Below, one piece after another: positions 40,720-53,252 of a DNA stretch of 64,000 nucleotides (the first letter of the stretch is position 1; each line of letters opens with the position of its first letter). Under the pieces are notes generated by a model. That model was not told where the DNA came from, searched no databases, and saw nothing but the letters and a program-made list of their open reading frames with translations. The position numbers and the translations under genes were made by a program. The stretch spans positions 609,883 through 673,882 of the forward strand of contig NMRA01000059.1 in assembly GCA_002633005.1 (NCBI GenBank). Reading direction: 5' to 3'. This stretch comes from Phoronis australis (Eukaryota > Animalia > Phoronida).

Positions 40720-41977
40720 TTCTAAAATTCCCGATATGAAGTCTTTGTGCGGCAAGACAAATCCAGTTGAATAATATTCTACGACTAGATCAGTGTAGCT
40801 CATCACAGCAAATTTATAAAACTAAGCTTGTTTTTAATTCCCATGGTTTCTTTTGCATTAAGTGCATCTCGTGTCACATAACGTTTTAAATCGATGCCCA
40901 ATTTGCCCAGCTTCGTTCATGTGGGAATTTTTAATAACTGAATTAGATTTATTGTAGTTACAGTAGGATAGGATTCCTTTGGTAAAGTCCGCCTCATTGA
41001 ACGTTTATTGGACAGACTGGGGTCCTCCAAAAGTAACTATTAAGCTGGAAATTTTGGTTAATTTCCTCGACATTGAATTGCTCGTTACTCAGTCGCTGTT
41101 GTTAGCAAAATTAAGATAAAAGAGAACTTCTCGATATATAGCATACACCTCACTCGACAAAGATTGTGGCTGGGCAAATGAACAATGAAAACAACTGATT
41201 AAATAAAAATAAAAATATAAGACAGTTATGTTTCATTGAAAACTGGTACCGTAATGCTGCAGAGATTTGAAACACATTTTGTTCATGTATTCGGTAACTG
41301 ACTGTCCTATTTGACGTGATGAACTACATGGTTGCAAAATGTGAAGCAGTGGCCATCAAATCCGCGTTCCGTCGAGGAAACTAGCTTTTGAATTGGACCA
41401 TTTGCCGCTGCAAAATTGGTCTCAACTACTTTCTTGCTCAGATGAGAAGTACGTTTTGGTCTAACAAAGAACTGACATCTCATTATTGCCCGGCCATGTT
41501 GGTCGGGAGCTTTCATGGTGTTAACAACTCTTTAGACGGTTCGCTTAGGATAACTTACTTTTTCAAAACTTCTGTCGGGCACCCATGACTGAAGAGCGTT
41601 AAATACTCGTAATGTGAAAACAGCATAATCAGTAAAACAACGCGTTCTACTAGTGTCAAGGTGGTCAACATTCTGAAAATGTAACAGTGAGAATCCACGC
41701 GCGCACCCAGCTTGTAATATGGGGGGGGGGGGGCTCNTGTGGGGGCTCTAATTTCCGACGATGTGGACCTTTTACTAACCAAAGAGCGGGAGGACTGAAA
41801 CACGGGGTACCACGTCCGGAGCTGTGAATTGTGCGATTATGTCTTTTTAATGGACTTTCGTCTCTTTTTCTCGAACTTTTTGTTTCTCTGAGGCGGACAT
41901 TTTTGCCCACGCCGCCAGATGGGAGGGCTCGTTCCGATCGAATATTTTCTCGTTGTCGATGCAAAGAGTTCAACTAG
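40720..41977 (+). pseudogene. Deleted paralog of the 58203-61121 gene
   Basis: The promoter at 40720-40808 matches 58090-58188 and joins directly to sequence matching ~59873 onward, so exon 1 is deleted. Only the 3' end of exon 2 survives (41933-41977, RCRCKEFN*), behind a MITE insertion. Confidence 0.8.
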
Positions 41978-43014
41978 TGTTAACATTAAGATGAGAACTG
42001 TATCGGGAAATAAAAAATATTTAATTTCGTTATATGTATTTGATTATAAAATATTAAACATTATCTAAGCATTCATGGCCAATGCTGACTTGTTTGGGCT
42101 CACACCGTTCAATCACGCATTCAATGTCATTCATTGCTTTACCTAATACAGGGCTGCCGGTCTTCCACTCTCACGATCCGCATGTGCGCAATTATTTGCC
42201 CACCCCACGACTTGTAGTTTACTTCCACGACAAAGTTCTAGCAAACTCAGTTCTTTTCACAATAAGCACATTTTCCTTTCTCATGAAGGGAATTCTTTTT
42301 TACTGGACTTCTTCTATGATTTCGGATTGACTATCTCCATGGTTGGAGGGCGCTTAATAAGTGAAAAAAAAACACGATCGACACATGTTAAATTTAAGAA
42401 AGATGTAGATTTGTACAAATAGTCTCAAAAATATTACAGTTGTTTTCTGAAACCATTCACCATAGCGAAATGTGTCTAAAAAGACCTAAAAGTCGGGAGA
42501 TTGACATTGGGTTTCTTTGACGTATGAGATTTTGCTCGAAATTACAAAGAGGGGAAGAGGATGCTAAGTACTAAAACGAGACACATCCCAAGCGCCAATT
42601 GTAAAATCTGAGATATCATGAACAAATACATTTTGTAAATGAATATTTGTCCTTAACAAATACCTACAAAACTGCAAATTATAACTCAGTAATAGTACAT
42701 ATTTTGTGAAAGTAAAATGTTTGTAGACTTTGAGTTTTGATTTCGTGCCAATTTCCTATTAATTGGGTCACGTGACCACGCACGTATTTTTAGTGAAATG
42801 TACATCCATAGCAAAACAATGGTATCAAAAACATGTGTTTGATTAGAAACATTCGTGCTGCCCGCTCAGTCACACGTGGAATCCATTCAATGCATTCGAG
42901 GGACAAATAATTCAGTTGGGGAAAACCAATTCATGTAGAGTAATTATAACTGAGTGGGGAATTTTTCGAAAATCTTCCAAAGATTGAGCTTTGTGTTACT
43001 TACTTCGCGAAGAA

Positions 43015-43345
43015 AACACTATAAATTACACCACGCATTTAGCAAAACCCAGTTGGGATCAAGCAATAGAGGCTAATAATTCAGTTGGGGAAAACCCGAG
43101 TCATGAACTGCGCGGGAAATTTTTCACCAGACTTTCAAAGGTAGATTTTGGTGTCACTCATTTCGCCGAAGAAAACACTTTGGAATTTTTTCCAAAATTT
43201 CCAGAGAAGAACAGTATAAAAGATCTTGTTCCGTTAGCAAGACGAATTTCTCTGTCTAACTAAAACTACCAAGACCGACGAAGAGGCAAAATGAGCTGCA
43301 GAGGCTTTATTGCTCCACGAAAACAAAAAGGTAAGAAAGGGTACA
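43015..43345 (+). repeat. Promoter and exon 1 cassette duplicated at about 52980-53305
   Basis: Near-identical from TATAAATTACACCACGC to CAAAAAGGTAAGA. Confidence 0.9.
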
Positions 43346-44049
43346 TGTACTTATCTCGTTGATTCATACACAATTATCATACAATTATAGCCTTTTGGAA
43401 AAGTAAAATTGTAGTAGTGATCAAGCCAAGTTTTCTAATCTTTCTTTTCCGGCTATACGAAATGAGCAGACCTGTTTATCCCAGAAAACAGAAAGGCCAC
43501 GGTAAGAACAATTTACACGTTAATTGGAAAAAAATCAGCAGTATACTTCTGATAAACGAATATAACCACAGTTCGTCGTCTATGATCTTCGTTTTGTAAA
43601 CATTGTACAAACCGCTGTATTTCATATCTTTCTGAAAAAAATACCTAATTAGATTTTGCCACTAGAATAAAAAACAATTGTTACACTTTATGTGTTTTTG
43701 TTAAACATGTCTTAAGAAAGATTTGCTCCCGAAATACATTTTTAAATGTAAACATTTCATTTCAGAGCCTGTGTGGGAGCACGGTAATAAGTATTTACAC
43801 GGGTCGTGGGAGATGCACCTAGATCCTTCGTGTGCATGGGTCTGGAAGGAAACAACAGAGCCAGGCTTTTTCTTTGGAAGTACAAAGAAGTGGATATTGA
43901 CACGGCACTGTCAGTGCAAACGTCACAAGGACGGGCACAGCGAAGAACACCGCAATGCGGAGTGTAATTGGATCAAGAAAGAATACTACAGCGCGAATCC
44001 TAACGAATTTTATTGGATGCGTCGCTGCCGTTGCAAGAAGTTCGAGTAA
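43291..44049 (+). CDS. Family member 7, 107 aa; two candidate first exons (43291-43330 or 43462-43501) and exon 2 at 43766-44049
   Basis: MSCRGFIAPRKQK G|GTAAGA and MSRPVYPRKQKGH G|GTAAGA are both 40 nt and phase 1. The acceptor is TTTCAG|AG. Exon 2 is PVWEHGNKYLHGSWEMHLDPSCAW...RHCQC...HRNAECNW...RRCRCKKFE*. AATAAA lies at about 44133. Confidence 0.85.
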
Positions 44050-45064
44050 GAAGAAACAAACTATTGGTAAAAAACGCACCAAGAAAAAGAAAGCAAATTC
44101 TATCATGGTTTTNACACATATATATGACTCATTAATAAAAAAATAAAACAGGTGCTTGCATTCCTAGGACTCCTGCATAAAAGACAACAATTTTCTCTGC
44201 CTTCTACGCATCATGTGAGTTTATTTCTTATGATATTGTTTGAGTAAACTTTTGTGAAAAAGCGCGCAGTTGTTAGTCCTTTCAAAAGCTCCTGAGCTCT
44301 GGTCAATGTGTTGTAAAATAATGTGATTAATGACACTCTGACATAAATCCTATTATTTGGCAAATACTATTCTATATTATCCTTGTTTTGTTTTATTTGT
44401 CCCCAATAAAGGTTCATTAATAGAGAAACATTCTTGTGATAAGGTTAAAGTTTGAATTATAACGACTGCCGTATTATCGGGGACGTTTTTCTTGAAATAA
44501 TAGACTTGAGAGGCTTGAAATACAATTATATAAATGGTTTACAACCTTCCGAGAACTAGAAAGTGTGAGTTTCTTGATTATTTATTGTATTCGGGAAGTA
44601 ACAACAGTATCTCTATTTGTCATCAGGAGCACACACCTCCTTGTAACAATATTCATTGTTGCCGAGTGTTCTAGCCCACATCAGCTGGGCCTAGCTAGGT
44701 GGCCACTATATTCTCCCTTGTGATGATGGTGTTTAAATAAATGACACCGAAACCTGTCAAGTCCTGTGGTTGTTTTTATTAAAATAACAGTAAACAGCGC
44801 AAATACATGTACATTGAAGCTCGTAATGTAGGAATAGCTCAAATTTCTTTATAAAATTCAAATTCAATACATAAACACATTTCATTCGGCAGTCACCAGA
44901 CGATTTATGCTGGTGATGCCGGGCTCGAAAAAAGTCTTTCAAACTGTCCGTGTTTAAGATCAATGCAATAGCACCTGATTCGGTGGGGAAACCTGCTGTT
45001 CGGAATATTTATTTACAAGAACAACAGCTTGTGTATTACACAATCGTCGATAAATTACGTAACT

Positions 45065-45192
45065 GTGCAAGGGAATTTTACCAAAGCATCGAACAATATA
45101 ACACTCGAATCTACAAAAACAAGGAGCGGGAATTTTTGTAAAATTCCCGAGCGGGAATTTTTGTAAAATTCCCGATGGGAGCTATATTAACC
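45065..45192 (+). promoter_or_regulatory. kB-like palindromic tandem and TATA upstream of member 8
   Basis: The 25-bp unit GAGCGGGAATTTTTGTAAAATTCCC occurs twice (45124-45173). TATATTAA lies at 45183. Confidence 0.55.
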
Positions 45193-45273
45193 GTTCTTCG
45201 GGTTGTAAGGATAATCCAGTAGGAGATTTTGTCTACATCGTTACAAGCAAGGCAACCGCAGTGAACGGACAAA

Positions 45274-46181
45274 ATGAGTTGGAGACACGTTTATCCAAAA
45301 CCTCAACGAGGTAAGATGTTTATTTTTAATGAACACTACTTCTAGCTTTTGTAAATTGTGAAAAATATTCATTTAACTTGATATATGACTTTGTCTATGT
45401 CGTCATATTGTTGTAGGTTCTTAGCAATTTTCAAGTGGGACTGATTTATTTTTTAACCAAAGGTATACAATAGGCAGACAAAATGTAATTGAAATAAATT
45501 TTCTTTTACCTATAAGTTGTGGATAATGACTGATATTTCCCATTTTACTGGGTTTGACGAGGAACTCTAACTTGCTATTTATGTTAACTGCGCATATTCT
45601 TGACCTTGAACTTCAAGACGCACTAGTTTTCAAAAACGTTTAAATTTGTCCTCGTCGAGATTCCATAAAATCTGTCAATGAGTCTGTATATGGGTCGCAA
45701 TGTAAGCTTATGTGATCACGGGCTTCGCTTGTAATACATGGCGATATTTCGCGAAGTCTTGCGTGTTTTTTCGTTTTCGTGAATTTCTCGCCTATTACAG
45801 AACTCATCAGTTGGAAAGCAGGTGGGTTGTCGTGTTTTGACAATCCGATAACTCGATAGGAACATGACATAAGCCCAACTATATACAGCCCAACTATACA
45901 CAGCGTTGCCCCTAGCAATTTGACGTTTTGTAATTATAGATGACTACTTCAACCCCAGCGACCTACCTAAAAACGGAACATGGGAGATGCATACAAATAG
46001 TTCTTGTCGATGGGAACGGCACTGGGGCAGTAACTGGATGCGACGGTGTTACTGCTCCCGGTACACTTCCAACTACGAAGACTTCCACGGAACGCATGAT
46101 TGTGTTTGGTTTCGACGAGAATATAATGGAGAGTACTTCTTCATACGCCGCTGCGTCTGCGGAAGCACGTACTCCGGCTAG
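45274..46181 (+). CDS. Family member 8, 92 aa; exons 45274-45310 and 45940-46181
   Basis: Exon 1 is MSWRHVYPKPQR G|GTAAGA. The acceptor is TTATAG|AT. Exon 2 is DYFNPSDLPKNGTWEMHTNSSCRW...RRCYC...FHGTHDCVW...RRCVCGSTYSG*. Spliced length is 37+242=279 nt. Confidence 0.87.
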
Positions 46182-47448
46182 TGAACCAGTGGCGGAGACG
46201 ATGCCATTAGAGTAGACTGAATGGACAAATGGAACTCTCACCAAACACACTATTTCTGAAACTTGTTACCTTGAACAAAATTCAGATTTTCAATTGTATT
46301 GTAACGACATTTTCATGTACACTTACAATAGCGTACAATCGAAAACTGACCCTCACAACTGTCAGGTTGGAAAACGTCGATTCTGTATTTCCTCAATTTG
46401 ACGTTAATCCTGTATGTCATGTGTTACCGCATCGCAGACCTGTGTATTGTAACAATAAATAGTAAAAGTGTGAAGTATTTGTGTTCACATTCTATGACGT
46501 AGGAGAGAGGGAGGGGGGACAGGGAGACGGAGGGAGGGAAGGCATCACGGGGAGATGGGGGAGAGTCACAAATATGGGTAGTACAAGAATAAAGAAATAG
46601 TAAATTAAACAAAAGAACAAAACCTATTAAAGAATCTTTTAATTTACTTCTTTACCCGATCTATAATTGTTGTATTGTATTAATTTACAAAACAACAGCA
46701 TCATTGCGATATAAACTCAGTGCTCAGGCTCACTGATTTAAGACGCATTCTTAGACAACCCAAAATTACACGGGAACATTTTGTTGTCCCAACCGAATTA
46801 TTCTATGATAAAATTAACCATGAAAACAAATGCACAGTGAGTTGATTGAGATAACGGTGCCTCCGCAAAATGAGTGGCCGTCATCAGAATGGAACAAAAA
46901 TGCAGTCGGGGATATAATTAGTTTTCTGCTGGATGGCTTCGGGAGTACTCATTATCATTACAACTATGCGTATTGTGGTGATTCACTATCAATGGTGCTA
47001 TTCTACTAAACAAGTATGATAGGAAATGTAATCAAAAAGTGCACAAAACGGACCAATCAGAACGCCGTTTAGTAACGAGCTGAACAATCAGAAAGCGGCC
47101 TGAGCTGAAATGTTTACAAACAAAGTTAAGAATTGAACAAAAGGCCACGTGCTTAGGATTAAAAGATTAAGCTGCACGAGTATGCTGGGCACAAATTTAA
47201 AAGCTATACACTAATGTGAATGGCTTCTCTAGCAAACAAAAAATTAAACGTAAACAAAATATAATTAAGTAAAATTAAATAAGCCGGCTGCACCCATAAA
47301 GTAACTAAAATATGGCAACAGAATGCAGATTCTATAGGTAATTATAGCGATAACTTCCCGTAAAAAATGATAGCAATGACCTCCCGCGTATTGCAAACCC
47401 AGTAGTGATCAAGTTAATTTCCTGATCTTTCTTCTTCGGCTATACGAA

Positions 47449-48471
47449 ATGAGCAGACCTGTTCATCCCAGGAAACAGAGAGACCACGGTAAGAACAATT
47501 TACACGTAAGCTGAAAAAAAAATCAGAAGAAAACATTTGATAAACTAATTTAATCACACTTCGTCTATGATATGTTTTGTAAACATTGTATGAACCGCTT
47601 TACTTCACATGTTTCTGAAAAAATGTCTACTTAGATTTTTTCTCTAGAACCAAAAAGAATTGTTACATTTTAGATGTTTTTGTTAACACGTCTTAAGAAA
47701 AACGTGCTCCCGAAATACGTTTTTAAATGTAACAACCCTGCCCATGTGGCACACACTGAGCCACAACACCACGTTCGTTAAAATATCTCTTTTTATCACT
47801 CCGGCTGGTCTGGTCACTCAGCTTGTCCGGAACCTGCTTTGCAGGTTGTTATAGCCCATTTGGCTGTTTGGTGTACCCACTTGGTACTTTATATGATATT
47901 TGCCCATTTGGCAGTCTGTACCCACTTGGTACTTGTTATTGAATTTGCCGTTTTGCTCGACCCAGTTGGTAGGCAATCGGCCAATACCCATTTGATATTA
48001 TGTACCCACTTGGTACTATACTAACATGTGCCACTTAGTAGCCGACACTCAATTACACGTTGGGTATCGCAAATCCAGTGTGATCACTTATTTAAGGTAC
48101 CCATCTGGTACCGTCTGTGAAATAATTATTTTAGAGCTGTGAGCCTGAAATTTATTTATCCCCAATAATTCATTTCAGAGCCTAGAGTGTGGAAGCACGG
48201 TGATAAATATTTACACGGGTCGTGGGAGATGCACCTGGATCCTTCGTGTGCATGGTCCCAGAAGAAAATAGAAGTTCCAGACTTTTTCTACGAAATTACA
48301 TGTACAAGGACGTGTAAATTGACGCGGCACTGCTCTTGCAAACGACACAAGGACGAGCCCAGAGAAAAGCACTACAATGCGGAATGTAATTGGATCAAGA
48401 AAGAATACTACAGCGCGAATCCTAACGAATTTTATTTGATGCGTCGTTGCCGATGCAAAGCGTTCAACTAA
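47449..48471 (+). CDS. Family member 9, 110 aa; exons 47449-47488 and 48179-48471
   Basis: Exon 1 is MSRPVHPRKQRDH G|GTAAGA. The acceptor is TTTCAG|AG. Exon 2 is PRVWKHGDKYLHGSWEMHLDPSCAW...RHCSC...HYNAECNW...RRCRCKAFN*. It is a close paralog of member 7. Confidence 0.85.
47735..48168. mobile_element. ~430-bp insertion in the intron of member 9
   Basis: Absent at the equivalent position of paralog member 7 (tttaaatgtaaacatttcatttcag, 43741-43765). Homologous to 12820-13200. Confidence 0.8.
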
Positions 48472-50179
48472 GAAAACGCAAAGGGCTGGTGGAACACATA
48501 AAAAGCGAACTCTGTCATAGTTGTTCAACCCTATCACCTTTTAAATTTAATTGGAGTTGCTTGGACATTTTGCAGCGATATTTTTGTCTATAATATACTC
48601 ATAAACATTTTTGACTATCTTCTTTAAACACTTAATTGTTGCCCTAGGACTCCTAGTTTATAAAAGACTTTCTTTACCTTCTACGCATCATATGTCAGTC
48701 TATTTCTTATGATATTGAGTGGGCTTTTCTGAAAAACCGCACAATTGCTAGTCTTTGTCCAGAGCTCTAGACAATATTTTGTTAAATAAAGATTCGTTAA
48801 CAATAAGAAGCATTCTTGTGATTGGGTTGAATTTTGAAATCTAACACCTCCCGCATTATTAAGGATATTTTTCTTGGTTACAGATCGGAGAGAAAAGAAA
48901 GACTTGAAAATATGGTTAATTTACGTTACACTGTTTGGGACCAGGGCCCGGGGTCTAATCTTTGCACTCGAAATCGGACTCGAAAAATATATGACATTCT
49001 CCATTCTACTCAAATATGATGCACATCTATTATTTTGCGTTCAACTACGATATGATTTACTTAATAAGTGTCAATTAGTATGATTCCAGCACTAAAGCGA
49101 CAGGTTCAAGTATAAACTCGAAATTTCGAGTTTTTACTTGGATTTGAGGCTTCAATCTAGGGGTCACCACCTTTAAAGTGGATTAAAACCCCCCATCGGC
49201 GTATATGATAATGTAGGCTACAGAGTAAAAGAGACTAATTTTGAGTTTGTATTAAAAGTTAATCATAATTTCGCGTTCGATTTCGAATTAAAATACAAGA
49301 CCCTATGCCCAAAACTCCGTAGATTATCATGTTTCCGGTAGCAATAAGTGCGTGTACAGTTGTAAAAGCATTTACGTACCTAGTGGAAATCCATGGAAAC
49401 CATAGGTGAGATAATGTTTCAAGCTAATTTCCAGTTTGTTAAAACACCGAGTAAACAGCCCTGGTAGTGTTACGTAATCTGACGTTAGAATTCTCGAACA
49501 TAAATTGTTGTCTACTGCTAATTTCAGAATATCGCGCTCACCTAAATACAAAGCACTACATCTCGTCTGATTGTGTGGCTCACCAAGGGCGTTGAACAGG
49601 AGTGTTTCCTTTAGATTATTCTTTGGAAATAAGTTTACTAGATAAGTTGATTTGCCGTTACATAAACTGATGAATTTCACTATGACGTGTTTTCATTTTG
49701 TTTGATCGGTGCCCCTGAGGATTATAAAATACATACAATGTATTACCCTATCCATAAATACTTGCTCTATCAATACATTAGGCGTATAGAAATATTAGAA
49801 ACTTTCTAATCTACTGATTTTGATTCGTCATGGTCATAAAAGTACACTACCGTGGCTTTCAATGGAGCCAACTACATGTAGGCGTACACGGATCCGCTCA
49901 ATAGAACATTCAGTTCCAATGACTCTGATCAATACACACCTGACAGAAAAAACCCGGCCGTCAATATCTGTTTATAACCACAAGGAAATTCACTGGAAAT
50001 AAGTACTACGGCTATTTATAGTTTTGCTGTTGTAACATTTTATTGTGTCGAGTTAGTCATGATTTTTAGTGAAATTCCCGATGGGGGCCATATAAACCGT
50101 CCTTCACGTTGTAAGGATAATCCAGTAGGAGATTTTGTCTACATCGTAACAAGTCAGGCAACCGTAGTGAACAGACAAA

Positions 50180-51425
50180 ATGAGTTTCAGATCCGTCAAT
50201 CCACGACCTCAAAAAGGTAAACTGTTTAGTTTTAAAACTACCACACTTAGCTTTTGTAGATTGTGAGAATTATTCATTACGCTTTATCTATGACGTTGTC
50301 TATGTCGTCATATTGCTACAATTTCTTCGCAATTTTTTACGGAGACTTGTATATTTTTTAACCAAAGGTATTCAATTTGTAGGTTAAATGTCATTGAAAT
50401 AGATTAATTTTTGAGTTTAAGTTGAGGATAATGACTGATATTTCGCATTTTACTGGATTTGACGAAGACGGCTTTTTTGATGTTACGTCTGCTGTTAACC
50501 AACTTAAAGGGACAGTAGTTTTCAAAAATAATTAAATTTCCCCCACTCGAGAATTCATTGAAATCCGTTAATTTTTAAACTGTTGTTGTGCCCTTTGGGC
50601 ACTGCGCGTTTGTGCGTTTTTAGTATCAATTTGCTCCCGAAAAGTGAAGATGAATGTTTTCTAACTGTGGCGGACATGCATCTTTTTGCGTGTTCTGTAT
50701 TAAACTACTTTTGTTTTAAAACATATGTGTCAAGTAGTCATTGTAAATGTCGACTAAATTCATTTCATAAAAATTGGACACAACTCAGCTACAAATTTTA
50801 AAAGTCATTTCAGCTACAGAGGGCAGACTTTAATCAAAGATAAACAATAACAAATTGAACGATATGTTTGACACCCTGTATAAGTGAACTGTGGTAACTT
50901 GTATCCGAGAGCATATTTATTCGTATGTTATCGTCGTGTTTTGTAGATATAAGGATTTTCCCAAGAAAGCTAATGTAATCACGTGCTTCGCTTGAAATAC
51001 AAGGCGTATTTCGCGAAGTCTTGTGTTAATTTGCAAGATCCTTGCCTCTACGAAACGCACACCCATCAGTTGGAAAGCAGATGGGACGTCGCGTTTTGAC
51101 AATTCGGTACTTTATAAGAACACGTCACAAGTTCAAACATATGTGCATACACCCCTAACAATTTGACGATTTTTCAATTATAGATTACGAAGCCCCCCCT
51201 ATCGATCTTGCTAAGAACGGTACATGGGAGATGCATACAAAAAATTCCTGTGCATGGACGAAGTATGACAGTACTAAGTGGAGGAGGACTTGTAATTGCC
51301 AACCGAATAATAGGTCACGAGTAGATTACCACGAAATGTCAGCTTGTGATTGGTTTAGACAGACATATCAAGGAAAGTACTACTTCGTCCGCCGCTGCGT
51401 GTGCGGATCCACTTACGCCGGTTAG
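50180..51425 (+). CDS. Family member 10, 92 aa; exons 50180-50216 and 51184-51425
   Basis: Exon 1 is MSFRSVNPRPQK G|GTAAAC. The acceptor is TTATAG|AT. Exon 2 is YEAPPIDLAKNGTWEMHTKNSCAW...RTCNC...YHEMSACDW...RRCVCGSTYAG*. TATAAA lies at 50091. It is a paralog of member 8. Confidence 0.87.
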
Positions 51426-51995
51426 AAAACAAGTGGCGGAGATGATGTCGTTTGAATAGACAGCAATTGGACAAATGGAACTCTCATCGAACACAGTATT
51501 TCTGGAAGTTTTTAACTTGAATAGAATTCAGGTATTCCAGTCAGTGACAGTTTCCTGTGCAATCGAAAATTTATCCTTGATTCACAATTGCCAATTAAAA
51601 TAAAACTTCATGTTTTACCGAGTTTGTCTTTGAACACCCGCGTCACACACCTGCGTATTTTAACAATAAATAGTAAACGTGGGAAATTGTGTTTGCATTT
51701 TATGACATAGGAGAGTGGGGGGGGGGGGGNGGGGGCGAGGGAGGAGAAATGAAGATAGAGAAAGGAATTCAATTAACAAGTCTTTGGATAATGGTAATTA
51801 AGAAAGCAGATTTAGGGGAAATCTTCGGGACAAAATCCAGGGAACTCTCCGCTTATCAACAATTTCACTTTCACATTTCATGCACTTTCGTCTCTCATAA
51901 ATCTTTTTTCAGGCATTATTTTTTACAGTTTGTAACATGCGCGACGTATTGTAGTTACGAGCGCTGGGACTAAATCGAGTGACAACTGATGAACT

Positions 51996-52293
51996 GCTAA
52001 TGCGCGCATATATTACATTGGGGACATTTACTGCTCACTAAACCACTAATGTGCGCATATATTACATTGGGGATATTTACTGCTCACTAAACCACTTATG
52101 TGTGCATATATTACATTGGGGATATTTACTGCTCACTAAACCACTAATGTGTGGGTATATTACATTGGGGATATTTACTGCTCACTAAACCACTAATGTG
52201 TGCATATATTACATTGGGAATATTTACTGCTCACTAAACCACTAATGTGTGCATATATTACATTGGGGATATTTACTGCTCGCTAAACCACTA
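51996..52293. repeat. 49-bp minisatellite, 6 copies
   Basis: ACTAATGTGTGCATATATTACATTGGGGATATTTACTGCTCACTAAACC units, head to tail with no unique spacers. Confidence 0.9.
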
Positions 52294-53252
52294 CATCCTC
52301 ACTTGTCGGTTTTACAACCGGTTTTTAGCCCAGTGGCCGTACCAAAAGTTACAATCTACCAGTTTGTGCAGGACAAGTCTATTCTTTCAGTCAAATTTGT
52401 ACAAAACTAAAAATTAACTCTGTAAGATTTCGTACTTTCTGAGTTAGTAGAAAGCTTTTATTTTATGCTATCAATGGGGGAGTCACATTATGTCCATGTC
52501 TTTGTATCAAATTGTCGTCTTAAAAATAAAAAGGGGACATTCATAGCAAAACAACGGCATCGATAACAAAGTTCATTTGATTTAAATGTCTTTAAACACC
52601 ATATTACAAATATGAAACCCCAAACACTACGCTGCTGGAATTTTCTAAATTGGTCTTAGTTTCATGCATTTTTTTTTGATTTTTCAGACATGTAACACAA
52701 GTCCTATTTTGATAGACCCTCGTACACAAGGGGAACATTTCAAAGACATTTTCTAGCAGTGTTTTGTAAAGCAGCGCACAAAGCGTAGTTTGTGGATGTT
52801 ACAGCGATTTCTGAAATATGAGGTTCCGAAGTTGGTCAAGTCGTATTTAAATGTTTACTCAACCACGCCCACAAGTGCCTTTGTACTGGTTCTGACCATC
52901 CAGGCATTACGTTCCACCCATTCTAAATAAAACAGACCTTCACGAAAAGAGAGACCTCGGTTCGAACAGAAAACTACAGTATATAAATTACACCACGCGT
53001 TTAGCAAAACCCAGATGGGATCAAGCAATAGAGGCTAACAATTCAGTTGGGGGAAACCCGAGTCATGGACTGCGCGGGAAATCTTTCACCAGACTTTCAA
53101 AGATAGATTTTGGTGTGACTCACTTCGCCGAAGAAAACACTTGGGAATTTTTTCCAAAATTTCCCGAGAAGAACAGTATAAAAAATCTTGTTCTGTTTGC
53201 AAGACGAATTTCTCTGTCTAACTGAAACTACCAACACCTACGAAGAGGCAAA

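Larger units (their letters stand above)
36541..42835 (+). repeat. Segmental duplication, direct copy of about 54342-61969
   Basis: Collinear, high similarity from ATGTGTGTTTATATTCAATGATTG to CAATGGTATCAAAAACATG, with indels. Confidence 0.9.
43415..46520 (+). repeat. Two-gene block duplicated at about 47400-51720
   Basis: 43415-44420 matches about 47400-48860, and 45160-46520 matches about 50070-51720, including introns and UTRs. Confidence 0.8.

Noticed and set aside
51996-52293. Regular repeat array resembling CRISPR
   Set aside because: Head-to-tail 49-bp units without unique spacers in eukaryotic DNA; this is a minisatellite.
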